A DNA stretch of 64,000 bases from Podarcis bocagei (taxonomy: Eukaryota). Below are positions 12,701 to 26,200 of the stretch, piece by piece; the stretch's first letter is position 1; the number at the start of each line of letters is the position of its first letter. The position numbers and the translations under genes are program-made. The notes under the pieces were generated by a model that was not told where the DNA came from, made no database searches, and saw only the letters and a list, made by a program, of their open reading frames with translations. The DNA is taken from assembly GCA_964188305.1 (NCBI GenBank), contig OZ076898.1; one strand, written 5' to 3'.

Positions 12701-15700
12701 AAGTTATTAAATACTCTCTTGGGGAAATAGGCAGCTGTGCTAGTTCATACAGGATATGTTAGCATTTGAAAAATAATTAGGTTTGAAATACATTGTCTTA
12801 TCCCAAGCTAGTTAATTTCCCTTACCTCAGAAGCAGAATTGCTCCTTTGCTAGCTTAACGCAGCATCTCCTTCATGAAAACTAAGCAACTTCTGTAGAGC
12901 AGAAGGACAAGGGTTGGGGGTTTTTTTTGGTCAGAGAGAAAGAAGGCTCTGTTAGAGAGGAATCTGAGCACCGAGAAGGGGAAATGAGTGAGCTGATATG
13001 TCGGCTTACTTTTTAATCCAATTTAAATGAGTGTGAAGCTCATTTCCTTACACAAGGACTTCTGTGAAATATTGTAAAGCTGGATGAGTGGTGGATTTTT
13101 TCTTCAGGGCTGCATAGGCTTGTGAAAGAGAGAACGTCTAGTCTTCCGAGTCAGTTGCGCAGAGTTCAGCAGAATGGCCAAGTAGCATCCTACAGCCCTG
13201 AGTGGTATGAAAAGAAGACATAGTAGTAGTCTGAGCAGAACAACTTTACTAAGGCTATTTAGTTAGGTGCATGTAGCAGTCTACTACACAGTATAATATT
13301 ATCCACTTTGATATATCTAAGGATATGGCTTCAAGTATTCATTGCGTTTGCCGCCTAAAAAATTGCCAGTGAGGCAGTGGATTTTCAGAATGCGCTAAGC
13401 CAGCTCATATAAGGAGTCCATAGGGCTAGCGGTCCAGAACTGGTCGTGGGATGGCTGCCTCTCCCAAGAGATGGGCTGCATTGTCCATCATGCACTTACC
13501 TTCACTTGCATCCCCCCAGCTCCATACACTATCATCACCTTCCCGTTCCTGTTTGCTGTGATGTTTGGGGATGTCGGCCACGGAATTCTCATGACCCTGT
13601 TTGGTGTGTGGATGGTGATCCGGGAGAGCCGTATCCTGTCACAGAAGAGCGACAACGAGGTATTGACGGCAAACACACACACACACCCCAATTTGGGCAG
13701 GGTGTGGGGTTGGGAATGAAAGCGAAAGTGGAAGATCAGTCTCCGGCTCCTTGCGAAGTATTTGATTCCATCTTCAATATGAAGAATTCATTGTAATCTA
13801 AAGAATAGCAAGAATTAGCGAGGTCCTTTCCAGGCAGAGTTGCGACTTTTGCAACCTTTAATAAGCAGAAAAGCTTTGCATGCTGCCATAAGGCTAGTAT
13901 GCTTTGAGAGGTACTAGAATTTGGTCTGGAGAATGGCAGGGGTGCAAATAAGCTTCACTTAATTTAGTCACATCTACTGGGAACTGGTTTGGCATTCAAA
14001 TTTGAAGAAGGAAGCTTTGCACTTTCTGGTGTTTTTCTGCCTCCTTTCCCTGGGCAGAGCAGGCAGGCATTTTCAGTAAGTCTCTGTCCGTCTGGATCAG
14101 GCCTGTGGCCTCTCAAGCCCTGGAATAAGGTGGACAGAGATTTCCCTTGTCTTTGGTCGCAGTGTCCTTCTCCGAGGGGTGACAGCGGTGGGGAGGCAAC
14201 AATGTCTTGATTATGTAACTCGTATTTTTTATATCTCTCTCCCCCCCCCCACCTCCGCCCCCAAATTCTCCTCCTCTTGTTTACTGGCCAGATGTTCAGC
14301 ACCATTTTCTGCGGCCGCTACATCATTCTCCTGATGGGTTCTTTCTCCATTTATACCGGCCTGATCTATAACGACTGCTTCTCAAAGTCTCTCAATGTGT
14401 TTGGCTCATCCTGGAGCGTCCGGCCAATGTTTCTGAAATCCAACTGGACGTAAGTTGATGAGATGCTCACAAAGACACAAGGAAGGCCTGTGAAATGCTC
14501 GCTCTGAGCAGTGTGCTAATGCGGGAGGGGTGGGTGGGAAGAGGAGGACATGGCAGGGATGCAGCAGCACCTCCTGTGTGACTAGCGCATTCTCTGTGTG
14601 GAACTAAAGAACCAGAGCTGTTTCCCGCCCCGCCTCCCCTGCCCCCTAGCTGTGCCAAAGATGCACTCCACTATAGTGCCTGTTTTGTACTCCTCCAGTC
14701 ATTCTTTGTTGATAGCTTTCTGCTCTCTTGCCCACAGAGAAGATCTTCTCAAGGAATATCCTAGCCTTCAGCTAAATCCTGCCATTGAGGGTGTCTTCGG
14801 CGGGGCATACCCCTTTGGCATAGATCCGGTAAGAGCACCTGCTTGCAGCTACTGTTCATGAGTAGAGGTGTTTGTTTCTTGAACAGCAAGTGTTGATCAG
14901 GGTGGTACAGTTCTGAATTGTGCCACTTTCTCTTAAGTCTCTTTTTGGGAAGCCACCGTGTAAAGAACTCTCTGCATACAGTAAGCTTAGTAAACCAGGG
15001 AGGAGGCTGCGCTGAACTGTTCCCCTACTGATGTTGCTTTATGAAGGGAGCTCTTTACGTAGGAGAGTATTTTTAAAAAAGACTGAAGCACTACAGTCCT
15101 GAATTACTCTAGTACCTCTTTCAGCTCTGTCTCACAAATTAAGTACATAGGAAGCTGTCTCATGCAGAGTCAGACCATTGGTCAGTCTATCTTAGTACTG
15201 CCTACACTGACTGGCAGCAGCTCTCCAGGGTTTCAGGCAGGAATTTCTCCTAGCCCTACCTAGAGAAGCTGAGGGTTAAGAACCTGGGGCCTTTTGCATG
15301 AAAGGCAGATTCGCTAGAGTCAAATGTGGCATGCTACTGCTGTGGAACGGAAATGCCCTTGAAGTTACTCACCCCTAAAGTGCAAATTGTGTAGTCTCAC
15401 ATCAGGGTTTATTAGTGGGCAGCAAGGTTGAGACCAAAGTTCACAGTGGGGACAGGCTTGCCTTCAATTATGTGGAGAACACAGGGGAGGGAGATCCACC
15501 CAGATCCTTGGAGTATCCTTTACACTCAAAGCCTTTCACAGAAACTGTCTTAAAGTTGTTCCTGTAGCCATGAACACACGGTTAGCATTTTTAAAAATAA
15601 AAGACACACCACGCCATGCTTGGTCTCGAGGATGCTTTATAAAGTAAAAGGAATGTTTCTACGGAGAGCAGATTATTTTGGGTGTTACTGAGGATATTAT

Positions 15701-18700
15701 GGGTCTGGGTGTACTTAGCTGTTTCACTGTTTGTCCTCTTCCTTGGTTCTGAACACCCTTGGGTCTTTGCACTTTGCACTAGATCTGGAATATCGCCACC
15801 AACAAGCTGACCTTCCTCAACTCCTTCAAGATGAAGATGTCTGTCATTCTGGGCATCATCCACATGATCTTTGGCGTCTCTCTCAGTCTGCTCAATCACA
15901 TGTGAGTGTGCTCATTTTAGTTTAGCAGTCAGTAGACAGGCTGAGAAGATGCAGGACCATAGAAAGCTGCCTTATACTGAGCCCAGACCTTTGGTGTGCC
16001 TAGCACAGTACGGTCTGCACTGACTGGCAGCAGCTCTCCAGGGTTGGAGACATATCTCTTGTATCCGTTGATTGAAGGCAGGGTCTTAAATTTCTTCTTT
16101 GCATATCCTCTAGCTACTTTAAGAAACCTCTGAACATCTACCTCGGGTTTATCCCTGAAATAGTCTTCATGACATCGCTGTTTGGCTACCTGGTCATCCT
16201 CATTTTCTATAAGTGGACAGCCTACGATGCTAAGAACTCCATGGATGCACCAAGTCTTCTCATCCACTTCATCAACATGTTTCTCTTCTCCTATGATCCC
16301 AAAGAAAAGATGCTTTATAAGGGACAGGTAGGTGGTTTGGTGAGGGCAAGAGCTGTTTTGCAGAAAGCAGCGCCTTCCTCGTTCTGGCTTTAAGTGTGTG
16401 TGTGTGGGGGGGGGAATCTACTGCTGAGCTGGGAGGGGAAAGAATCATAGAATTGGAAAGGATCCTGAGGATCATCTAGTTCAACCCCCTTCAGTGCAGA
16501 AATATGCAGCTGTCCCGTATGGGGATCGAACCTGCAACCTTGGCATTTCAGCAAGAACTACTCCTTTGCAAACCACATGAAAACATGCAGAAGCTCCCAT
16601 TTGTTGTGAGGTTTGTGCAGGAGCACACACATCTGTATCTGCTAGCATTTATGCAATTTTAGAATACGAGTTTTGATGTAAGAGCAAGTTTCTAGACCCT
16701 GTGGCAACAGGGAAGTGTGGGCAAGTTCTCCTGAGAAAATCTGAAAGGGTTCTTCACTCAAACGCAGGCAGGAGGGCTTAGGGAACTGGATGTGCTTGCC
16801 TGTTGGTGATAATCTCACTCCCTCATCTCTGTTCCCCACAGAAAGGGCTCCAGTGCTTCCTGGTTGTGGTAGCATTGCTGTGTGTGCCGTGGATGCTGGT
16901 TGCCAAACCTCTGGTCCTTCGCCAGCAGTACTTGCGAAGAAAGCACTTGGTGGGTGAATCTGTTTTCCCCTCTTTCCTTTGTAGGTCTTATTTGTTCAGA
17001 TACTAGAGGTTTAGTCTGGATTTCTGCGACGGAGATCTGCATCCAGATGGAGCTCTGTTAGCACTTCAGTCCTAAGCATACTTTCTTAGAATGAAAACGT
17101 ACTGGAATCATTGCGACTTACTTTCAGGTTTAGGATTGCAGTTTAAATCCTGCTTGCAGGCAGAGGCACAGCTGTAATTTAGCAAACAGGCAGCATCTCT
17201 CATGACCACTGGTCGCTTTCTGGATCCATCCGAAATCCTGGTTCATATGCATGCATTTGCCACTCATGGTTGGGATCCACAGAGCTGCTTTAAGTGTGCC
17301 CCAACCCACTGGGATTTTTTTAAAAAACCCTTTCTTTTGACCAGCCGGCCCCTATTTCACAAAAGAGGCTTTTGAATCTCCCATTTGGTTTCAGAAGAGA
17401 TTTGCCCATGTAGAGTGAGACGTTGCTGCTCAAGGGAGCATGAGCTCAAGCAGCGACTTGGGAGTGCGGAACTGGTGTGGTTCTGCTGGAGGAAAATAGC
17501 CTTCCATCAGCAGAGACATTCAGAATGGTTTAGTCCTAAAACCCGTCGTGCAGCTGGTGATGTTAAGCTTTTAAGGACACCAACCTGCTGCTGTGATTCT
17601 CCAGAGACGTGGCGGCTGTGGTGTTCTTGTGGCAAGCTGTTAAAGATGCAACAGCCCTTCAAATTGCAGCTCGGTTAAAGACGCTCCCTCTTCCTTCTCT
17701 GACCATCTCATCTCCCCATGACCCCTCCATTCGTCTCCCTTCTTTTCTCTTTGTTTTTCTCCTCCTTTTCCCCTTTTCTTTCCTTCCATTCGCTATCAGG
17801 AAGGGCAGCCCGTGGAACCCCCTGTCAGCCCAGCCCAGAGTCCGCAGGCAGTAGAGGCAGCGGCGGCTGCAACAGTGAGTGGATTAAAAGATGCCAAAAG
17901 GATGCACATGGCGAGAACGGGAGGTGCCCAGGGGCCTTGGAAAGTATCTGCCCCGAGGAGGAGGAACGGCACAGCTGCCCTTTCCTCGGAAATATACGTT
18001 CCAAGAAATCTCATTCTTTCCAAACCCTACACTTACGTGCTCAGGGGACACAACGCAACCATATAATATGGTTGGATTTCAAACTTTGGTGTGTATGCCA
18101 AGGGTCTCCTGCAGTTGTGCTTGGCAGAGGACTCTAGGCAGTGCTCAAGGGTGTTCCTCCCTCATTTCCTTGGAGTGCTGTCCAGGTTTGTTGGGGCCAG
18201 CCGCCGTTCATCGTAAACTGAGTTGTATATGCGCATGTCTTGGGATGCGCCCAACTCTCCTCTGTGGATGCACACTGCAAGGGAAATTGGCAAGGATGGA
18301 CAACGCTGCCTTATGGGCAGCTTCCTTGTCATTATAAATGTTAATTGTGGAACTCCTAAGTGTCTAAGGAACCTCAGAGTTCCTGGGGCACACAGTTTGA
18401 AAACTACGGTTGCAGCACAAAGAGATTCTTTGCCCTAGTGTGTGTATGTGGGGGGAAGCCCCCTCTTTCCAGATGCCAAGGCCCTTGGCTTTTGCATAGC
18501 TGCCACTTCTGTGGCTTTCCTCCCCTCCCTTTCTTCACAGTCCTCCCCAGGATTTTTGTCTCTCGAGTACGTTTTTAATTTGCATCCCATGTTTTCAGAG
18601 TGCCATAATTGGTGGTGTCTCCTCAGCAATGCCATCCCTTCTGAGTTCACGTCTCTGGCCTTCACCAGTTTCTTGCTGCCTGCTAGCTAATGGTCGCTTT

Positions 18701-20178
18701 GGGAATCCTTGTGGCAGTGCACTGAGTTGCTGGCTGCCCACTTCAGTGCTGTTCTTAATTGCGCCCACAACTCTCTGTGCCGTTGTGACAGTGGTATCCT
18801 ACCTACCGACAATTGCTGGAGAACAAAACAGCTGTTTGCATTTCGGTATGCTGTTGCACTCCAGAAAGTCTTCTGCAGTCAGTTGAATGGCATGCCAGGT
18901 TTTTGGAACAAAGCACGTGATTAGTGCTGTGAAATTGGGGTGTGGTATTTAGCAGTTAACCCGGCAAAAAAGTTGTGTGTTCTACAGTCTTGCTGCGAGA
19001 ACATGGAATTTGCTGCTCATGAAAAATCTGGTAACTTGAGAATTTCTTGCTTTCATGTGGGAAATGGTTTTAACCCTCAAGGCTACAAAGGTGGGCTGAA
19101 GAACATAGGACCAGAAAGCCCATTAGCCCAGCATTCGTTCCAGCTGCTTCTTGGAGCTGGCATGCTTGAAGCTGAAGCTGATAACCTTCTCAACATCTGG
19201 TATTCAGAGGTATACTGCCTCTGAGTATGGGCGTCCCATTTGACTTTCAAGTAACTATCTGTGAAATCGGAAGCCAATGGGATGGGGTGGTCAGGTGCTC
19301 TGCAGCCTGCAGATTCCACAGTATGTCCCGTTAGACTTAGAAACAATATGAGTTTCCTTTTTGCCAAATTTTTATAGAATATATCAAATCTATTTCTTAC
19401 AGCAAAGGGTGTACACACAGACAGATCTATGTTCTTTTTTTAAAAAAAATACTGATTAATCTATGTTACAAAGAATCCCTTATGGACTTATCAAAGTATG
19501 TTGCCTTTAAGAACAACATAGTTATTAATGTATTCCTTCCTAGCATCCGATGAAGGCTGCAGACATTGGAGAGTCTCAAATGGCTGAATGTATGCCCCAA
19601 AAAGGAGTGACTTGGCCTGGCCTGGCCTCCCCATGTAAGGACAGGTCTGGTCTTCCCTGCTTGTGTTGTCGAAGAGCCAGACAGTGTCAGCCATACCCAG
19701 CAGCAGAGTTCAGGAGGCTTTGCGCCCATTTCTTCGCTTGCTAACAGATTATTTATTTCATAGGCCACTGATTGCATCGTTCTCTAGGGAATATTGTGAG
19801 AGTTCTTGCTGATGTTGCAAACATACAGCCTTTTTTTTTTTTTTAAAGCATTTGAGATTCTTGATTCCTGGCTCTCCTTCTCTTACTTCTCCTCTCTCCC
19901 CACCCCTCCAGCCCCTAATCCCTAGTTTCCCATTTTGAGAGGTCCAGTGTCTGGTAAGCTCTCTACTTTAGACTAATGTTGTTTCGCCAGCTTTTGCTGC
20001 CTTTGGATTCATAGCAGAACAAGCTTAGGCTGTTCTGAAGAAGGAAGAGCCCTGGAAAACAGACCAAAGCATGCTTTAGTAGCCAAAACACTTTAACAAA
20101 TTGCTCAGTTCTTGATGCTCAAAAGTGCTGGAAACCTATAATTTGTTGTACTGGTACCCATAATTTGTTGCCTGAGGC

Positions 20179-20227
<49 letters not shown>

Positions 20228-23200
20228 CTTTCTCTCTCTCTCATATGGTAGGGCCAGTTCTGCTAATGGCCCTGCATGCCAATTCCATACTAAAACATGA
20301 ACCGATTGTGTGTCTCCTCTTGTTTTCTCCTCTGTTGTCTGCTTTAGGGGACACTCAATTTTGGTGGGATCCGCGTGGGCAATGGCCCAACTGAAGAAGA
20401 TGCAGAGATAATCCAGCACGACCAGCTCTCAACCCATTCGGAGGAGGGGGAGGAGGTAAGACCTCCCATTCTTTCTTTGTACAACAAACTTTCATTTGGG
20501 AGATGTTACAAGAAGGGGTGGACCTTTTATGACTCTCCTTACATATATTACCAGATCAGACCAGGTCTGTATCCATTTACCCTCTCTTGCAGCTGACATT
20601 TACTCAAGCTAGCCAAAGCAGACTGCTTGGAAACTGTGTTGCCCCAGTAACTGTTTTTCTTAAGACTAGGGAAGCTCAATTTGACACTTGGGAACACTTC
20701 CTGTAGTGTCTTTGTTCTGGCACTTGGAAAAACCTGTGGGCAGCCCCCTTCAAAAGGTGGTTGTAATAAGCTGAGGCTGTGTCTTAAGTTCTCAATAGTT
20801 TGTGGTGGACGGGGGTCCCTTTCAAGGCGGGTAGTAAAGACTTCAGGTCAGATTTGAGGGTCTGTTACAATCTCCTCGCTTCCCCATGGGAAACCTCTGA
20901 ATGGGCTGCGTCACTGCTGCCCTTGTTTCAAAGAGAACTGAACAAGGGTTCTTCCATTCAGTTTGCTTGTCTGCATGGGAGAAGGTCTTCCGATTTTTCC
21001 AGGCAGACCACTATGTCTCAGGGTGGTGGGAGGTTAGCTGTGCAGGTTCTTGTTATCCGCTGTTTGAAGAGGGCATCCTTGTACGCTACCTTTGTGTACA
21101 AGGCAATCTTACTGAGATGGCTTAGACCCCTGAAACATTAATAAAAACTCAAGCATACAGGATCTCTGGTTATAGTTGGTGATGTGGCAGTTCAAAATGT
21201 AAGCCAGTTGAGCAGTGTAATGGGTCTTGTCCTGTCCTGAGGGCTGCTGTCCTAACAGAGGTTTTAGCCTTCATATAAAATGAGCATTCTCAGGGTTCCT
21301 TGCTGGAAAGCAGTTTTAAGTTCTGAGAATAGGCATTGCCATTGGTGCAAATGTATGAACCTGCCATATCTTGAATCAGACTGTTCCACCTAGCCTTAGT
21401 GCTGTCTACATTTGATTGACAGTGTCTCTCCAGAGTGTTAGGAAGTCTTTCCTAGCTCTACTTCCTGAGATCCTTTGGAGAATCCCTTAGAGATGCCAGG
21501 GATTAAATGCGGGTCCTTAATGCATGCAGAGTATGTGCTCTTAACTTTGAGCTTTGACACACACACACCCCTACAATGCACAATGTACACTTCAAGCTTT
21601 CAGAGTTTTTCACAACTGGTACACAAGAAGCACTGTAAAACTAGACTAATATCCCTCAAATTGTGATGATAGGGATGAAACTGAGAGCTGATGGTTTGGC
21701 AAATCAGTCTTGGCCTTCTCTCCCTTGGGGAGAAGTCACAGTTGTTACCAATGCAAAATGAGGTGGAATGCAGCAACAACAATGATAGAGCACAGTTGCA
21801 TTTTAGGATATTGCACTGAAAGAGGATATGCTCTTGTGTTATCAAATGATGCATGACCAAACCAAATATTCCCTTGTGTTTTCAAGCCTGCCGTGGAGGA
21901 GGTGGTAAGCCTGTAGCCAGTTTCTCTGTCTGTCTTTATCCAGATCATTGCTCCCATCACTGTAAACCATTTTGTAGAATTAGGCATATTTGCATCTGTG
22001 ACTTGAAATTCTTTCTTCATCTTTTCATAGCATCTCATTTTGTGATGCCTCCTTCTTGTAATCAGAGGTCAATAATACCCATTTCCATAGAAAACAGCTT
22101 CATATTCATTTAAAAACAAAAGACATGTTTGTTTGAACAGCTGCATGTTCTTAATGGGGACTTTTGTGGTGTGGGTTGCATATTCGTCACTGTTATGTGC
22201 ACAACCTGTGCACCTCAATAATTTGTAGAACAGAATCCCAAAAGTAGCAGAAGCCTTTGGAACGGGACGTGGACATGTTTGTACCTTTATTTTAAAAAGC
22301 CAACTTCCTCCATCCCCTGAACTCCAGCGTGCCCCTTAATTGCCAAATTTCCAATATCCCTGGGGCCTGCTCTCCTGGCTCTTTTTGCTTATTCCCATGG
22401 CCGTTTCCTGAAAATTCTGGCAAGACTTTACAACAGGATCACTCACTGGACAGTTCATGCAACATCTCACTGAGAGACCTGACTACAGACACGCTGAGGT
22501 TAGTTTTTTTACAGTTGCTGGGAGGGAAAACCTGACTAAGCTGAACCATGGTTAGCACAAACACTTGAGCATGCAGGTTCCAGAAGAGGAGATCACAGTC
22601 ACTTTGCTTCTGCTCCCATCCTCTTGTTACTGCAGGTTTGGCCTGAGTGTCATCAGAGCCTGGACTTGTGGTTCGTGCCACTCTAGACAAGCCACAAGCT
22701 ATCATCAAGGTTTCTTGGTTTTACAGCTTGTGGTTTTTCTAGAGAAGACAAACCACAAGCCTGGGTTCAGATGACACACTGAGCAAAACTGTGGCTTAGC
22801 TCACAGCAGTGCAGAGAAGGTGCAAAATGACGTTCTCCCCAAGTTGGTTTATTGTTCTGTGCAAATTGAGCCAATCAGTTGATAAACATTCAGATTAGGA
22901 GTGATGGATGCCAGTCTTCAGGTGGGGTGTTAATGTTCACTAGCCACCTGCTCAAAGTCAACAGGTCTGGACACAATCCACCAGTAAAAGGGGGAGTTAG
23001 TGGACTGGGATTCCACAGCATATTTGCTCCTTGCTTTGACTTCTTTATGAATGACCTGTCACTTCATCTAGCTTTTGTGGAGAGCCACCTCCCTGGCAGC
23101 CAACGATAGCAAAAGTTAAAAATAGACATTTTATCTTTGTGCCTCTGCCAAGAGAAAATGCAGCAACCTCCACATCACAGTCAGTTGATAAGAGGCTCTG

Positions 23201-26200
23201 ATCATGGATATCAATGCAGTGATGGGAAATGCTGGATGGGCCCAGAAGGTTCTGCATAGGAAAAGAGCAACGCTTGAATTGCCCCCATTGCCTTTGTACA
23301 ATAACCATGGAAATGCTGAGCAGTGCAGTCCTGAGGGGTCTGTTGCCAGGCTGCAAAAGTACGGAAATTAACTTAGTAAGCAGTGCATCGAAAGAACTGG
23401 AATATTGCTTATAATTTTAATGTTGGTTTATCCATCTTCTGCTGCTGCAGCCATCCTTTCAATCACCTGTCGGCTCTTACAGCATTGTGCTTTGTTGCTT
23501 GTCCTTCAAATACATGTTGGAGATTTGCAGGGCACAGTGTCCTGCAGTTCTGATGGAGTGCAGAATGAGGCTTTGGGCACAGAATTCAGCCGCCTGAAAA
23601 AGTCAGCTTTCACTTGCACTCCTCTTCTCCCCCCGCCCCCTAACACATTCCTAGCCCTCTTCACTGTGATGGTATGCCTGAACGTTTATGGGCAAATGCC
23701 TACTGAAATGTCAGAAGCCGGGGTGGGGGGTGGAATGTAGCGGAACAAACTGCCCTGCTTATTGCAGGTGGGGATTCATTGCCTGCTACCATTTCTTGTT
23801 GTCCTGCCCTGCCTGCCCCCCCCCCCCCCAGCATGAGTAGCAAAAACCCCCAGGATCAGTTATATAATTATAGTGGGGATGGGGGTGGGAATCCATCAGA
23901 CTCGATTATGCCAAAAGGAGGCCAAGCAAATTTTGATCATTTTGATGTAGAACATGTGCATCCCTGGAGTCTAGTAATTTCATAGCTTGCTTGGCAAACT
24001 CTCATCAGGGCAGCTTTTGCTAAGAATTTTTGTTTCTTGGTTCCAAAGCTTGAGGCCTAAATGTTAACAAGTAGCTTGCCTTCCTCAGTCTGAAATGTTT
24101 GCTGTGCTGGATACTGGAGGGGAATGAGAGAGCGCTCAGTTCACCTTTATCTTGGAACATTTTTGGAACTTGGCAGCTTTAGCTGGGTGTAGTCCGTTTG
24201 ATTGCTAGAAGACTCCAGAGATTCTGAGATGTGGCAGACAAAAATACTAAGATGGGATTTTTCACAACTTTGATTTTGCAACACTTAATCTCTCTCTGGT
24301 CACTTCTCCTCCTCTTAGTTGTTATTCAAACCTTCGCCACAGTGACTTAAGCAGCATTTCCTAAGAGGATTTGGGGACGGTGGAGGATGACAGGGTGGCA
24401 AGCAAGAGGGGACAGCAGGCTTAACCAAATCTCAGCAGAGGCAAGCAAGTTCCTGTCTGGCACCCAGTTTTATAATGGAAATGTGAGCCTCGCCTGATTG
24501 TATGCCGACATTAGTTGTTCCTAATTAAGTCCATTTCCCTTGCAGTCTGTCACTTCTGGATTCCAAGGCCACTTGAGTGCCTATTAATGCCAGGCAAATA
24601 AGGATTCTGCCATAGACACATGGATAGAGTGACTCCTGCTGTCTGTGCCTGATCCAGCTACCAAATCTTAGCTTTCAGTTTACCACCAAGAAGGGCAGGG
24701 CTGAGGAACATTCAAGTTGAGTCTTAGATCTGAACAAGCCATTGAACACTTGTACATTTTAATGGCGCTGAGTGTCCTGCAGTTTTGAGTTGTGTTGAGC
24801 AAGTGATCCTCCCAAGTCTTGGTGAACAGAGAGGGAAATAGTCCAGCCAGCGTTCTAGCTGTGAGCTTTGAGTGCCCTTGCAATAGAGTTAGTTGCTGTT
24901 GTTGCTGCTACTGCTGCTGTTCCTGCTTTCTAGCTGTCTAGTCATTGCTGCACACTCTGCCCACCGCTCAGACCTGGCTTTATTACTTCCTCTTGCAGTT
25001 TGACTTTGGGGACACTGCTGTTCACCAGGCCATCCATACCATCGAATACTGCCTGGGCTGCATCTCCAACACAGCGTCATACCTTCGCCTCTGGGCGCTT
25101 AGCCTGGCGCATGCACGTGAGTAGCTTCACCATGGCTGGCTCTTTTGAGTCCAGGGATGAGGAAGGGGAAATCTGAGCTGTGAGAATAGGGGGAAGGTGT
25201 CACAAGCCCTTTTTCCTGTGGTAGTAGCCAGTGACTTTTGTGTACTCTCATTCCAGGTCGTGTCATGTAGAGAGGGCTAGAAGACTATGTAGCAGTCTCC
25301 TCTCTGCCCAGTATCTTTTTTTGCCCACCCAAAATTCTTATTGAAATCTTCTGAGTTCTCTGAAGGGGAGCATTGGGTAGCTTGTGAGAATGAGTTCAAA
25401 ATGTCCACAGTGTGCAGAATTTGGACCCTAAGCAGGAGGAGGCTTTGCTTTTTCTTAAAAGGAAAATTGGTCTGGGGTGTGATTTAAGAGCACAGCTCAC
25501 TTTGGGAACTCATCCAGCTTCCGAAATCTCACTTTTATTAGAGCAGTGAGCACTGCCCTCCAAAGAGGAGCAGCTAGAGTGAAGGCAGGCATGCAATCCC
25601 TCTTCTCCAGAGCTGTAGCCCTTGCTGATCGGTGATCATTCTTCCTGTCTTTCTCATCACAGAGCTTTCTGAGGTCCTCTGGTCCATGGTGATGCGTGTG
25701 GGCCTCAGCGCAAAGAGCTTGGCTGGTGGGTTCGGCATGTTTTTCGTATTTGCTGCCTTTGCCACCCTGACAGTGGCCATCTTGCTGATCATGGAGGGCC
25801 TCTCTGCTTTCCTGCATGCCCTCCGCTTGCACTGGTAAGTGTCATCTGGTACAGCTCTGCACTGCAAACAAACAAAAGCACAGTGGGTACAAAGTTTGCA
25901 TCATGTTTGATCTCTGTCATCTCTACTTAAAGTATCTCAAGAAGCATGGCTGGGAAGTGCTCCTGCCTGAACCCTGGGAGAGCTGCTGGCAGTCAGAGTA
26001 GACATTGGTGGACAAATGAACTCAGGTTTAGGCTGGAGAGAGGACAGCTTTATTTGTTCAGGTCTAGTAAGCTAATATCCATATTTCTCAGATGCATGGT
26101 TATTTGTTCTGATTGTGCTTTTTCCTTGGCCAGCATCAGCTTACTTTCTGGGGGCTTTTCTAAGTTCAAAGGGGGTGTCCCTCCTGCATTTTAACTACTT

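Noticed and set aside
15513-15521. Perfect U12-type donor GTATCCTTT
   Set aside because: Mid-intron and not at an exon boundary. About 0.5 chance occurrences are expected in 64 kb on both strands.
17812-18066. 84-aa ORF continuing past the cassette exon
   Set aside because: Starts at a GTG inside the exon and reads through a consensus donor at 17875. The downstream peptide has no recognisable features.
18541-18566. Additional small exon after the pyrimidine tract ttcttcacag/tcctccccag with a gtacgt donor
   Set aside because: Lengths of 26 or 16 nt would shift the frame, and there is no supporting homology.
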